A stretch of 36,562 nt of DNA, from IMG/VR virus record IMGVR_UViG_3300040770_000423, positions 1-36,562 of that record; one strand, given 5' to 3'. Position numbers and translations under genes: made by a program. Position 1 is the stretch's first letter. Each line of letters starts with the position of its first letter. The notes under the pieces were generated by a model, which made no database searches, had not been told where the DNA came from, and saw nothing but the letters and a program-made list of their open reading frames with translations. This document shows positions 22,991-31,616 of this stretch, in pieces. Origin of the DNA: a virus.

Positions 22991-24265
22991 ATGTCAAAAG
23001 AAACACAAATTAAGAGGATTAAAATTCAGAACTTTAAAGGTTTACGCGCTTTTGAAGGCGAAGTTTTAGGAAAAGACGTTTATCTTACAGGACGTAACGC
23101 AAGCGGGAAAACTTCATTTATTGACGCTGTTTGGTTAGCTTTAACCGGTAAAAATACACCGCCTAAGCCTGTCACTTCAGGCGCAAAAAAAGGCCTTATT
23201 GAAGTCGAACTTGCTGACGGCTATATTGTGCGAATGAATTTATCTACTACAGGAAAAACGCCTGTAAAATTCGAAATTGAAAATTTAAACGCAATTGAAG
23301 AAAAAGACAAGTTTGTTAAGGCTCCAAGAACTTGGCTAAACGAAAGAATTGGCGTTATTGATTTTGACGTAAACGAGTTTTTTAAAATGTCAGACGCTAA
23401 ACAAGTTGAATATTTTTGTAAAATTACAGGCGTAGACGTTTACGAAATAGACCAACAAATTGAAGAAATGACAGACAGCCGTAAATTCGATAAAAAGAAG
23501 CTGGCCGAAGTTTTGCCTTTAGCTGGTTTTTTTAATCCTGAAGACGCTGAAAAATCACCTGTTGACGTTGTGGCCTTGGCCAAAGAAATAGCTGTTTTAA
23601 AAGAAGCTGAACGCGCCAAAGCTGAAACTTGGCAAAAGGTAACGGACGGCGTAGCTGAACGCGAAGCTAAAATTATAGAAGTTTTTGCTGAAATTGACGC
23701 TTTAATTTTAAAACGCGACGCCTTAGCGCAACAAATTAAAGACGGTTATTCATGGCTTGAAGTTTCTACAAATAAACCGGTTCCAAATAAAGGCCTTGAA
23801 GCTAAAGAAAACGCTTTTATCAATAGCGAAGTAATAAACAAAAGAATAATCGAAGCGAAGGCCTTTAGAGAAGCCGACGAACGTATTGACGCGCTTAATG
23901 CTTCAATAGAAGAAGCTACTGAAGCGATAGCAAGCGAAAAAGACAAAAAAGCGGCTGTTATAGCTGAAAAAATAGCTATTGAAGGCCTATCTTATGACGT
24001 CGAAAAAGAATGTTTCTTGTTTAACGACCTACCTTTTGACAAGACGCAAATAAATACAGCTTCTCAATTAATAGCCGGTTTAAAAATTGGCGCTTCACTT
24101 TTAAACGAAGTTAAAATTCTTAAAATAGACGCTTCGCTTATAGACAAAGAAAACTTTGAAAAAGTGCAAGCTTGGTCTGCTGCTGAAGGTATCGAGTTAT
24201 TTGTTGAACTTGTAGACCGCGAAGCCGGTTCTTTAAAAATAGAAATAGAAGAAAATGTTTTGTAA
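22991..24265 (+). CDS. SMC/Rad50/RecF-like ATPase (recombination/repair)
   Basis: N-terminus IKRIKIQNFKGLRAF...GRNASGKTS (Walker A); central coiled-coil; C-terminal Walker B ILKIDASL. Confidence 0.7.
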   Translation: MSKETQIKRIKIQNFKGLRAFEGEVLGKDVYLTGRNASGKTSFIDAVWLALTGKNTPPKPVTSGAKKGLIEVELADGYIVRMNLSTTGKTPVKFEIENLNAIEEKDKFVKAPRTWLNERIGVIDFDVNEFFKMSDAKQVEYFCKITGVDVYEIDQQIEEMTDSRKFDKKKLAEVLPLAGFFNPEDAEKSPVDVVALAKEIAVLKEAERAKAETWQKVTDGVAEREAKIIEVFAEIDALILKRDALAQQIKDGYSWLEVSTNKPVPNKGLEAKENAFINSEVINKRIIEAKAFREADERIDALNASIEEATEAIASEKDKKAAVIAEKIAIEGLSYDVEKECFLFNDLPFDKTQINTASQLIAGLKIGASLLNEVKILKIDASLIDKENFEKVQAWSAAEGIELFVELVDREAGSLKIEIEENVL

Positions 24266-24491
24266 TTTTACAGAAGGAAATGAAGAACCAACGCTTGACG
24301 AATTAGTTCGTCAGCGTGGTTCTTATTTGGCTTTTTTACCTTTTACGCATACAGAAAACGACAGAACAAAGCTTTTAAACGAAATTAGAAGTATTACAGA
24401 CCAAATTTATTTAATTATGACCGGTAAGGTATATGACAGAAAAAAAGACCTTAAAACAAGCGGAACAGGCCAAGCCTTTAACGCAAACTGA
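24255..24491 (+). CDS. Hypothetical protein
   Basis: 78-aa ORF with ATG start; overlaps the ATPase stop by 11 nt. Confidence 0.45.
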   Translation: MFCNFTEGNEEPTLDELVRQRGSYLAFLPFTHTENDRTKLLNEIRSITDQIYLIMTGKVYDRKKDLKTSGTGQAFNAN

Positions 24492-24566
24492 AAAATTCGA
24501 AAGACTTAAATCTTTAAATAATAATTTAGCTTTGTTAGCTTCTGAATTTGAACTTGTGCTTCAGCT

Positions 24567-24983
24567 TTAATTTACTATTAGAACAGCCGAAGTAACTATT
24601 GCACCAAGAACAAAACCTTTTAATAAACCCATAAAACCGCGCCTTAATCCGGCGCTTTTTTCGTTTTTAGCTATTATTTTAACGTCTTCGACTATCTTGT
24701 TAAGATTTTCGTTTTGTTTCGTTAGAAGCGCCGTTTTAGTTTCAAGAAGAATAATTTTGTCTTTTAATTGAAATTTTATCGTATCACAAGCCGAAAGCGC
24801 GCCGGTTATGTAGGTAAATTTTTCCTTTATTTTTTTTCCTTCAATCATTTTCAGGCTGGCCGAATCCATATCTTTAACAGAAACCTTAACGCTATCTGTT
24901 TGCTTATTCCTTTGCGAGTTTTGCGAAAATGCGGCGACGTTCAGCAACAGAACGACTAATATAATTAAACTTTTCTTTTTCAT
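24567..24983 (-). CDS. Spanin-like protein: cleavable signal peptide, coiled-coil and C-terminal TM anchor; no lipobox Cys
   Basis: MKKKSLIILVVLLLNVAAFSQ...; C-terminal GFMGLLKGFVLGAIVTSAVLIVN. Its start lies 80 nt inside the upstream gene, in another frame. Confidence 0.55.
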   Translation of the reverse strand: MKKKSLIILVVLLLNVAAFSQNSQRNKQTDSVKVSVKDMDSASLKMIEGKKIKEKFTYITGALSACDTIKFQLKDKIILLETKTALLTKQNENLNKIVEDVKIIAKNEKSAGLRRGFMGLLKGFVLGAIVTSAVLIVN

Positions 24984-25260
24984 AAATTATTGTTATTTCG
25001 TTTGAACGTGATTTATATTTTTCTTCTATAGCTTCGAGTTCCTTTATTCGGGCGTCTTTTGAAACTAACAAACGGTTTATTTCTGAAACCTTCAAGTCAA
25101 TAGCTTTATTTTCTTTTTCAAGCCTTAAAACCTCTTTTTTCTGTCTTTTATTGTCTGCTTTTATTGGTGAAATAACTAAATATTGAACTAAACCAATACC
25201 AAGCCAAAGCAAAACTAAAAGAACTAAATATACTTTGTATGTTTTTAAAAAACGCTTCAT
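24904..25260 (-). CDS. i-spanin-like protein (N-terminal TM helix plus coiled-coil)
   Basis: VYLVLLVLLWLGIGLVQYLVI, followed by a charged helical region; ATGA overlap with the amidase gene. Confidence 0.55.
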   Translation of the reverse strand: MKRFLKTYKVYLVLLVLLWLGIGLVQYLVISPIKADNKRQKKEVLRLEKENKAIDLKVSEINRLLVSKDARIKELEAIEEKYKSRSNEITIIYEKEKFNYISRSVAERRRIFAKLAKE

Positions 25261-25847
25261 AAAACGAATTTTTTTAACGCGTTACATATTGCGGCCGAAA
25301 TCTTGTTTTGTCCTTCTTCTGACATTAAAATATTATAGTCTTCTTTATTAGTCATAAAAAAATTCTCGACCAATACGGCCGGACAACTTGTTTTATCCAA
25401 AACAAAAAAGTTTTCTTCTTTGTCGCTGTCGCTGTCAGAAGTGTCGGTTCTGAATTTTGCTTTCGGAAAAGCTTTTTTCATTTCAACATAAATTTCTTCA
25501 GCTATTTCGTCTGAAGCCGTTTTTCCTTTTGACGTAAAAATTTCCCAACCTGAAGCCGTTTCGACGCCAGCGTTACAATGCAAACTTACAAAAATAGCTT
25601 CTTTGTATTTATTCGCTCGACGAACTCGTTCACCAAGCGAAATGTCTGTTATTTCAGGAACCAATTCCACGGCTGGAACGCCAGCTTTAAGCAACAGAGC
25701 GATAGTTTTCTTTGCTATAGCGCGGTTAATTACACCTTCATATAAAATTCCTTTTCCAAAGTCAGGTGAGCGTTTTCCGGCCGTTTGTGGCACGCCGTTA
25801 ATTATGCCACCGTGACCGCTGTCAATTAAAATAATTTTCTTTTTCAT
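25257..25847 (-). CDS. Endolysin, N-acetylmuramoyl-L-alanine amidase (Amidase_3 type)
   Basis: IDSGHGG, YEG and SLHCNA motifs (zinc ligands of MurNAc-LAA amidases). Confidence 0.9.
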   Translation of the reverse strand: MKKKIILIDSGHGGIINGVPQTAGKRSPDFGKGILYEGVINRAIAKKTIALLLKAGVPAVELVPEITDISLGERVRRANKYKEAIFVSLHCNAGVETASGWEIFTSKGKTASDEIAEEIYVEMKKAFPKAKFRTDTSDSDSDKEENFFVLDKTSCPAVLVENFFMTNKEDYNILMSEEGQNKISAAICNALKKFVL

Positions 25848-25870
25848 TTTTCTTTGTCTTTTATAGTTGT

Positions 25871-26143
25871 TTATATTTCGCCGAATTTCGCCCTGTATTT
25901 GTCAATTATGTTTTTTTGAGTGTCAACAATTCCTTTTAAATAATTGTTTAATTTTAAAAGTTCTTCGACCTGAAGCTTTACGTCGTCTATTAACGCTTTT
26001 TCAATACTCCTTACAGTTTTTAAATTTTCCAATTCAGTCGTCTTTTCGTTTTGCCTTTTTAATCTTATTCCGCTTATAAATAGCACGCTAGTTCCGAATA
26101 AACCAGCTAAGACTTCCCAATTTTTAACAATAAAACTATTCAT
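25871..26143 (-). CDS. Holin candidate (single N-terminal TM helix, charged helical C-terminus)
   Basis: 90 aa; WEVLAGLFGTSVLFISGI then RLKRQNEK...; immediately upstream of the endolysin. Confidence 0.5.
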   Translation of the reverse strand: MNSFIVKNWEVLAGLFGTSVLFISGIRLKRQNEKTTELENLKTVRSIEKALIDDVKLQVEELLKLNNYLKGIVDTQKNIIDKYRAKFGEI

Positions 26144-26144
26144 A

Positions 26145-26978
26145 TTAAAAACCTGTATATTGAATCCAAATAGCCGAATAAAACCTTGGTTCTATGTCAA
26201 AAGGCGCTGAAGTTCCGTTTCCTGTTCCTGTATTTCCGCCACCGCCTGAAGCCGTTTGTCCTGTTGTACTTGTGGAATTAGGCGAAGAATCCCGACCGCC
26301 GCCGCGCCAATCTCCCGAAGCTTGAACAACGTGTCCGCCGTGCGAGTGTGCCGGAACAGTATGCGAGTGTGCCGGTAAATTATCGACCGCTAAATTTCTT
26401 GTTTTTGAACCGCCCCTCGTGTTTATGTCGTTTTCAGTTCCAGCCATTTTTATAAACATATTCCTTAAGTCTATAGCTGGCGCGCCGTTTACCGTTCCGC
26501 CGGTTCCGTCCATAACTCGGTAAAATTTAGGTATGTTAACAGCGTCAAACCACAAAATCGCTGAACCTATAGGCTGGCGCGTTTCCGATAAGCGCGTTAA
26601 GCTTGAAAAATCAAAGCTTGAAATCTGAACGTCGCCGGCTTCAGCTGAATTTGTTGACGCGTATCTTGTAACGTAGGCGTCTTTTAAGTCAAGCGCGCCG
26701 TCGTTATTAGCGTCGACGTTATAAGCTGCTTTTTCCGTGTGTTCGTGAATATAAACAGTTGTTCCCAAGGCCGAAGACCTAAAAGGAAATATTTCCTTGT
26801 CTTTCACTAGATAACCGTCCGAAAGCGTTCCGGCCGTGTTTATAATCCCTTCAAGAATAACGGCGTCGCCTGTAAGGTTGGTTAAGGCTTGAATCGGCTT
26901 GTTATAGCTGTCTTGAATGAAATCTATTGTTTCGGTCGTCATAGGAAAACCACCTGAAAATAATTTTATTAAATCCAT
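26145..26978 (-). CDS. Tail fibre protein with a phage tail-collar domain
   Basis: LPAHSHTVPAHSHGG motif; Gly/Ser/Thr-rich loop; C-terminal FDIEPRFYSAIWIQY, typical of the collar domain. Confidence 0.75.
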   Translation of the reverse strand: MDLIKLFSGGFPMTTETIDFIQDSYNKPIQALTNLTGDAVILEGIINTAGTLSDGYLVKDKEIFPFRSSALGTTVYIHEHTEKAAYNVDANNDGALDLKDAYVTRYASTNSAEAGDVQISSFDFSSLTRLSETRQPIGSAILWFDAVNIPKFYRVMDGTGGTVNGAPAIDLRNMFIKMAGTENDINTRGGSKTRNLAVDNLPAHSHTVPAHSHGGHVVQASGDWRGGGRDSSPNSTSTTGQTASGGGGNTGTGNGTSAPFDIEPRFYSAIWIQYTGF

Positions 26979-27466
26979 AATATTTTAAATCTTTTTGAAG
27001 CTAGTTTATAATAATTTGTTTCGGCTTTTATTCTGTTTTCAAAGTTAATCAAAGCTATTGAATTATTCGGCTTTAAAGCTATTGGAAAATTAATAATAAA
27101 ATCGACTTCAATAACGTTTTCAGCTTGTTTTTCATTTACGTATTCAGTTCCTAAAAATACAGGCTTGTTTTCTATTGTCGAATATATAAATAAAGGGTCA
27201 AAAATTGCTTCTTCTGAAATGAAAATTCTTCGGTCGCTTTTGTCAAAAGAATCGTTAAGGACTTTTTCAAGAAGTAAAACTTGGCCGGTATGAATAACTT
27301 TGTATTTTTCTTTTTCTCTGAACCTTAAAAAATCAGCGTGAACAACTGCCAGCGGTTCAACAAAAAGATTAATATAATCTATAAAAACGCTTTTGCGCCA
27401 AAATATAGGCGTCATTAATAAAGCCAATTTTTGAAAGTCTATTTTAAAAATTCTATTATAATTCAC
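26969..27466 (-). CDS. Hypothetical tail/baseplate-associated protein
   Basis: 165-aa ORF; GTG start at 27466 overlapping the upstream gene, so the start is uncertain. Confidence 0.45.
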   Translation of the reverse strand: MNYNRIFKIDFQKLALLMTPIFWRKSVFIDYINLFVEPLAVVHADFLRFREKEKYKVIHTGQVLLLEKVLNDSFDKSDRRIFISEEAIFDPLFIYSTIENKPVFLGTEYVNEKQAENVIEVDFIINFPIALKPNNSIALINFENRIKAETNYYKLASKRFKILWI

Positions 27467-28328
27467 GGCTTATAAATGTAAAGTTTGTATTTGTTTCGTC
27501 AAGCTTCATATAACCAGCGTCAGAAATATAATATTCGTCTATAGGTGAATAACTAAACAGGCCATATTTCGCCGAAGCCGAAACAAGAACCGGTTCTTCT
27601 ACGCCCGAAACAGCCTGTAAAAAGTCGGTTAATTTAGTTAGTATTATTTCGCCGTTGAACTCCAAGTTTCTTAAAAACGTACGAACAGCGTCCTGAACAG
27701 GTTCATTTGCTGAACCGTCCAAACGCGCGCCGTAAACATCCAAAACCAAAGGATTGTAATAAATAGTATAATTAACTTTAAAGTCGTCAGGAACGCGTGA
27801 AATTATTGTCAAACGGGTTCCGGCGTACTTAATAGCTTCAGCATAATTTTTGAAGGCAATAATTTGAGCCGTTGAAAGTGCCGAAAGTTCGCCGTTTGCG
27901 TCTTCTGTAGCGACTTTAATTTTTAAACGTCCGTCTATTTCTTCGACAGCGCTTTGTTTTATTATTAAGCTGGCCAAAACGTCGGCCTGAATAAATCCTG
28001 TATTATCGTAAACGCCGAATTCATTTAGTAAAAAACCAAACTGAAATTCTAGCATTTTTTGCCTATACCAAGGCTTTGTTCCTATCTTATTAAGCGAAAT
28101 AAGTTCTTCAATTTCTTCTTTAAAAGTGTCAAAAACTTGTTCTAAAGTCCAAATTGAAAAAGCGCAAATATACGCCCAAAGACGCCAAACAGCAACCTTT
28201 GAAGTACTTGTTAAGTTTTGAAGCGTATTCTGTTCGCTTAGGGTCAAAACTTCAAGCGCCGACAGCGAAGGCGTGACGCTTTTCTTTTGAAGAATAATTT
28301 CCTGTATTTCGTTTAACGTTCTTGACAT
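27456..28328 (-). CDS. Baseplate wedge protein (J-like), putative
   Basis: 290 aa; called on position in the baseplate block and loose resemblance to J-family proteins. Confidence 0.4.
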   Translation of the reverse strand: MSRTLNEIQEIILQKKSVTPSLSALEVLTLSEQNTLQNLTSTSKVAVWRLWAYICAFSIWTLEQVFDTFKEEIEELISLNKIGTKPWYRQKMLEFQFGFLLNEFGVYDNTGFIQADVLASLIIKQSAVEEIDGRLKIKVATEDANGELSALSTAQIIAFKNYAEAIKYAGTRLTIISRVPDDFKVNYTIYYNPLVLDVYGARLDGSANEPVQDAVRTFLRNLEFNGEIILTKLTDFLQAVSGVEEPVLVSASAKYGLFSYSPIDEYYISDAGYMKLDETNTNFTFISREL

Positions 28329-28341
28329 TTTTGTTTTTATT

Positions 28342-30243
28342 TTATGTAAGTCTTACTTTTAAATTTCCTGTTGGCGTAACGTATCTTTGACCGATTTTAA
28401 CGCCACCAGCCGCCGCCGCCGTATCGTCTACAAAAGTAGTTGTTACAGGAATAATTTCGTCTTCAAATTTTTGCGGCAAATCATTAATATAATTTACTAT
28501 TGCGCCGCGGCCTATTGCGTAAACTAAATCAGGGTCAGGCGCTCCGGCGTTACATGTTTTTAAAAAATAGTGAACGTTTATAACTAAACCGTTGTCGGAT
28601 GTTATACCCTCGAAAACCTGATTGTAATCAGTAGGTGAAGAACCTAATTTTTTACATTTAGGAATATTTATTAGTAAAACATTTCTAGCCTCATAAAAAG
28701 ATAAATCTCCAACTTCTTCAACTAAAGGAAAATCGAGGTATCTAGGCGAACCAACGCCTTTATCTGTTCGCATAAATACAGCTGCACCGATTTTTTTTAA
28801 TTTTGGTGCAATAACCGTTTGCAATCCGCTGCTTCTGAAAGTTGAATTTGTGAACGTTTCACAGTTTGCAAAATGAACGCTTGTTACCGGCGTATCTATA
28901 AATAAATTTTCGCCTATGTGTTCGTTAAAATCAGGAAAAGAAAATTTATCTATTGTCGCTGGCAATAAAGAACAACCTTTAAAACTCCAGCAACTTCGAA
29001 GTTTTGGAAATCTTAAATAAGTTATTTTTGAATATTCAAAATTACCACCGCCGCCAATATATTCGACGCTGTCAAAATTATATTCTGACAAATTAGTTGG
29101 ATATTCAAAAACAAAGTCTGCTATACTTTTTAATTTAGGCATTTTTATAGAATAAACATTTGTGTTTCCTCTAAAAAATCCGCCTTCGTGACTTTTAACA
29201 AATCCGCCTTCGTCATGGTAAAACGTGCAAGCTCCGCCGGCTTGGCTTCCTCTGAAGTCGCCTGTCGCGTAATCGCTTATCGCTAAAAATTTAACAATTC
29301 CATTTTCTATTTTAAAATTTTTAACTACTTGCGAAATGTTTGAAGAATTGTAACCAGCGCCCGCGCCGCCGAAAACTTTAATAAAAGGAACAAGCGAATT
29401 TAGGTCTGTAATTACAGCGCTCATTCCGCCTATAAATGTATTGTAAGTCGGTTCGACTGAACTTGTGCTTAAATTCCCTTCAACAACCCAAACGTCGACG
29501 TCTATATTTGTTAAAACAAAACTTTCGCCTTTTACAAATACCAAATTATTACCGATAAAAGTAATTCCAGCGCCGGAAATAGTGACGGCGCCGTTTCCTT
29601 TTACTGTGCCTTTAATTTTTGCGCCTTCGTCAAAAGCAACGTTTGCGTCTAAAGGAACAGACAAAGAAGTTGGATTTGTATTTTCAAAAACAATTCTTGT
29701 ATTTTGGTCGTCTAAGTCTAAAACTTTTGAAGCCGTTAATTCTATTTGAATAAAATCATTTATTAATGAATTTAAAGTTTGCTGAAGCTGGTTAATAATT
29801 TGAATATAGGCGGTACTAAAATTATTTTCAGAAAGTCCAAAACCGTTAACAGCTTCGACTTTGTTATTAAGTTCTTCTTGAAGTCCTGTGACTTGTGATA
29901 TTGAACGCGTAGCTAAACTGTTAAGCGCTTCAGTAAGTCCTGAAACGTCGCCTATAGCCACATTTGAAAGCGTGTCTAGTGCGAATTGAAGGCCTGAAAT
30001 ATCGGCAACTTCAAGCGTTGACAAAGCCGTATTAAGTCCATTCAAAGCCGTTTGAAGTCCTGAAACGTCGTTAATTCCTAATTCATTAAGCTTATTGAGC
30101 GCTGTTTCAAGGCCTTGAACTTGTGAAGCTAGTATTGTGCTGTCAAGGTGAACAAAACTTTCTAAGAAGTCATAAAATTGCTGCTGTGTCGGCTTGTCGC
30201 CTTTCTTGAAATAGTTCTTAAGAACTGAAATCGATTTTTTCAT
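28342..30243 (-). CDS. Tail fibre: conserved N-terminal anchor, repeat stalk, and C-terminal BspA-type LRR-like region
   Basis: 633 aa; N-terminus KPTQQQFYDFLESF; six VSGLQxALNxL-type repeats; C-terminal half with FxxCxxL / IxxxAF-like periodicity. Confidence 0.7.
   Translation of the reverse strand: MKKSISVLKNYFKKGDKPTQQQFYDFLESFVHLDSTILASQVQGLETALNKLNELGINDVSGLQTALNGLNTALSTLEVADISGLQFALDTLSNVAIGDVSGLTEALNSLATRSISQVTGLQEELNNKVEAVNGFGLSENNFSTAYIQIINQLQQTLNSLINDFIQIELTASKVLDLDDQNTRIVFENTNPTSLSVPLDANVAFDEGAKIKGTVKGNGAVTISGAGITFIGNNLVFVKGESFVLTNIDVDVWVVEGNLSTSSVEPTYNTFIGGMSAVITDLNSLVPFIKVFGGAGAGYNSSNISQVVKNFKIENGIVKFLAISDYATGDFRGSQAGGACTFYHDEGGFVKSHEGGFFRGNTNVYSIKMPKLKSIADFVFEYPTNLSEYNFDSVEYIGGGGNFEYSKITYLRFPKLRSCWSFKGCSLLPATIDKFSFPDFNEHIGENLFIDTPVTSVHFANCETFTNSTFRSSGLQTVIAPKLKKIGAAVFMRTDKGVGSPRYLDFPLVEEVGDLSFYEARNVLLINIPKCKKLGSSPTDYNQVFEGITSDNGLVINVHYFLKTCNAGAPDPDLVYAIGRGAIVNYINDLPQKFEDEIIPVTTTFVDDTAAAAGGVKIGQRYVTPTGNLKVRLT
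29860..30126 (-). repeat. In-frame repeats encoding the (D/Q)(V/I)(S/T)GLQxALNxL fibre stalk
   Basis: Seen in the translation at aa 40-128: QGLETALNKL, SGLQTALNGL, SGLQFALDTL, SGLTEALNSL, TGLQEELNNK. Confidence 0.75.
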
Positions 30244-30245
30244 TT

Positions 30246-30536
30246 TTATCTTACTATAAAATTATTTTCAATAATCATTTCGCCAACTCCATAAGAAGCA
30301 ATTTCGACGCGTGGAAACCCTGTCGCAAGTTCGACTTTTTTAGTTAAAAAATAAGTTGAAATTTCATTTTTTTTGCTGGCCGTTTCCGGTATTAAATAAA
30401 CATCATTTGAATTTATGTCGTCCGTTATAGATAAGCCGTTTATTAAAGCGAATATAAACGCGCCTTCTAGCGTGCCAATAGTTTGACAAGCTACGTCTAA
30501 AACGCTTTGATTTTCTTTTATTTTTATCGTTGTCAT
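30246..30536 (-). CDS. Small LysM-like / tail protein X-like protein (putative)
   Basis: 96 aa; IKENQSVLDVACQTIGTLEGAFIFALINGLSITDDINSNDVYLIP resembles the LysM fold pattern. Confidence 0.4.
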   Translation of the reverse strand: MTTIKIKENQSVLDVACQTIGTLEGAFIFALINGLSITDDINSNDVYLIPETASKKNEISTYFLTKKVELATGFPRVEIASYGVGEMIIENNFIVR

Positions 30537-30826
30537 TTCAGTCTTTTTGCAATTATATTAATACCTTCTTCGTTTAAATCTATTTTTGAAACAGAAAAAT
30601 TATCAAGAACTAACTGACGCCTAATGTCTTGCTTAAGTTCTTGGCCTGACTTGGAACCTTTTAACTCGTTTATTATTCCTACGCCTATTAACGGCGTTTC
30701 AAAGAAAAAACCCTTATTAGTTCGAAGTATGTTTTGAATGTGAATTTCGTCACTTTCAAAAAGTTCAAAGTCACCATTCTTAATAACTATGTCTTCTGTA
30801 AAATTAATGTCTTTTGCTGGTTCCAT
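30533..30826 (-). CDS. Baseplate protein W/gp25-like (putative)
   Basis: 97 aa; NGDFELFESDEIHIQNILRTNKGFFFETPLIGVGI resembles small baseplate wedge proteins. Confidence 0.45.
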   Translation of the reverse strand: MEPAKDINFTEDIVIKNGDFELFESDEIHIQNILRTNKGFFFETPLIGVGIINELKGSKSGQELKQDIRRQLVLDNFSVSKIDLNEEGINIIAKRLK

Positions 30827-30830
30827 TTTT

Positions 30831-31616
30831 TTAGTGCGTATTTTGTGAATTACTTATTTCGTTTTGAGTTAAAGCCGCAGTTCTTGGCGCCCAGCTTGCT
30901 AGTCTTGTTTTAAGTGCCGCGCCGCCGTCATTATTTACAGGCGTCCAGCCGCTAAATTTATTCTTCAATTCAGCAAAGTCTTCCTTTAGCTTGTTAAATT
31001 CCGTGACCAGCGCCGCGCCTTTTGGAACTCCGCCGTTTGCGCCGCCGTTCAAAGATACGGAACCAACGACAGAAACCGCGCCTGTTATAGTTGTTTCGCC
31101 GGTTATTTCGACGGCTCCGGTCATTTTTATAGCTGAAGCGATAATTTCGGCCGCGGTTCCTGTAAGTTTAAAAGTTTGGCCGTCTATTTCGAAGCTTGTT
31201 GAGTTTATTTTTGTGTTTTCGGCACTAACATTTATGTTTTCGGAATCAATTCCTATTTCTTCGGCTTCGATTTTTACGTTTTTGACATTTAGATTTGCGT
31301 TTTCAGCGTCTAAAAATAAGGACATTGCTCCAATTTTTAATTCTATCTTTTCTATTTCGCTATTTAAGGCGATATAAGCGACTTCTTTTGAAATAAAGCT
31401 AACTATTACGTCTGAACCTATTTTTGGGTAAATTACAACGCCCAACGCAGCCGAAACGGTCGCCTGAAGCCTTACGTCGAAAATGTTTGCTGAACCGTTC
31501 AAAGGCTTCGCCTGAATGGTTTTAGCTGCTTCGTCTATTTCAGCAACAGAACACAAGACAGAATAGTTTTCTTCTTGGCTTTCTAGCATTTTTTTTAATA
31601 TGTCTTTTATTTCCAT
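30831..31616 (-). CDS. Baseplate central spike (gpV / Mu gp45-like)
   Basis: 261 aa; N-terminal OB-like region followed by beta-helical repeats (NANLNVKNVKIEAEEIGIDSENINVSAENTKINS...). Confidence 0.6.
   Translation of the reverse strand: MEIKDILKKMLESQEENYSVLCSVAEIDEAAKTIQAKPLNGSANIFDVRLQATVSAALGVVIYPKIGSDVIVSFISKEVAYIALNSEIEKIELKIGAMSLFLDAENANLNVKNVKIEAEEIGIDSENINVSAENTKINSTSFEIDGQTFKLTGTAAEIIASAIKMTGAVEITGETTITGAVSVVGSVSLNGGANGGVPKGAALVTEFNKLKEDFAELKNKFSGWTPVNNDGGAALKTRLASWAPRTAALTQNEISNSQNTH

Noticed and set aside
24492-24566. An expected strong bidirectional terminator at the convergence of the plus-strand operon and the lysis genes.
   Set aside because: Only weak 4 to 5 bp stems are present (agct/agct, ctgaa/ttcag). 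I could not support a terminator call here.
24433-24570. Possible 45-aa plus-strand ORF (MTEKKTLKQAEQAKPLTQTEKFERLKSLNNNLALLASEFELVLQL) at the convergent junction.
   Set aside because: It overlaps the 78-aa ORF by 59 nt in another frame and runs into the stop of the opposing gene. Its helical-looking sequence is intriguing, but nothing beyond an open frame supports it. It is not reported as a feature.
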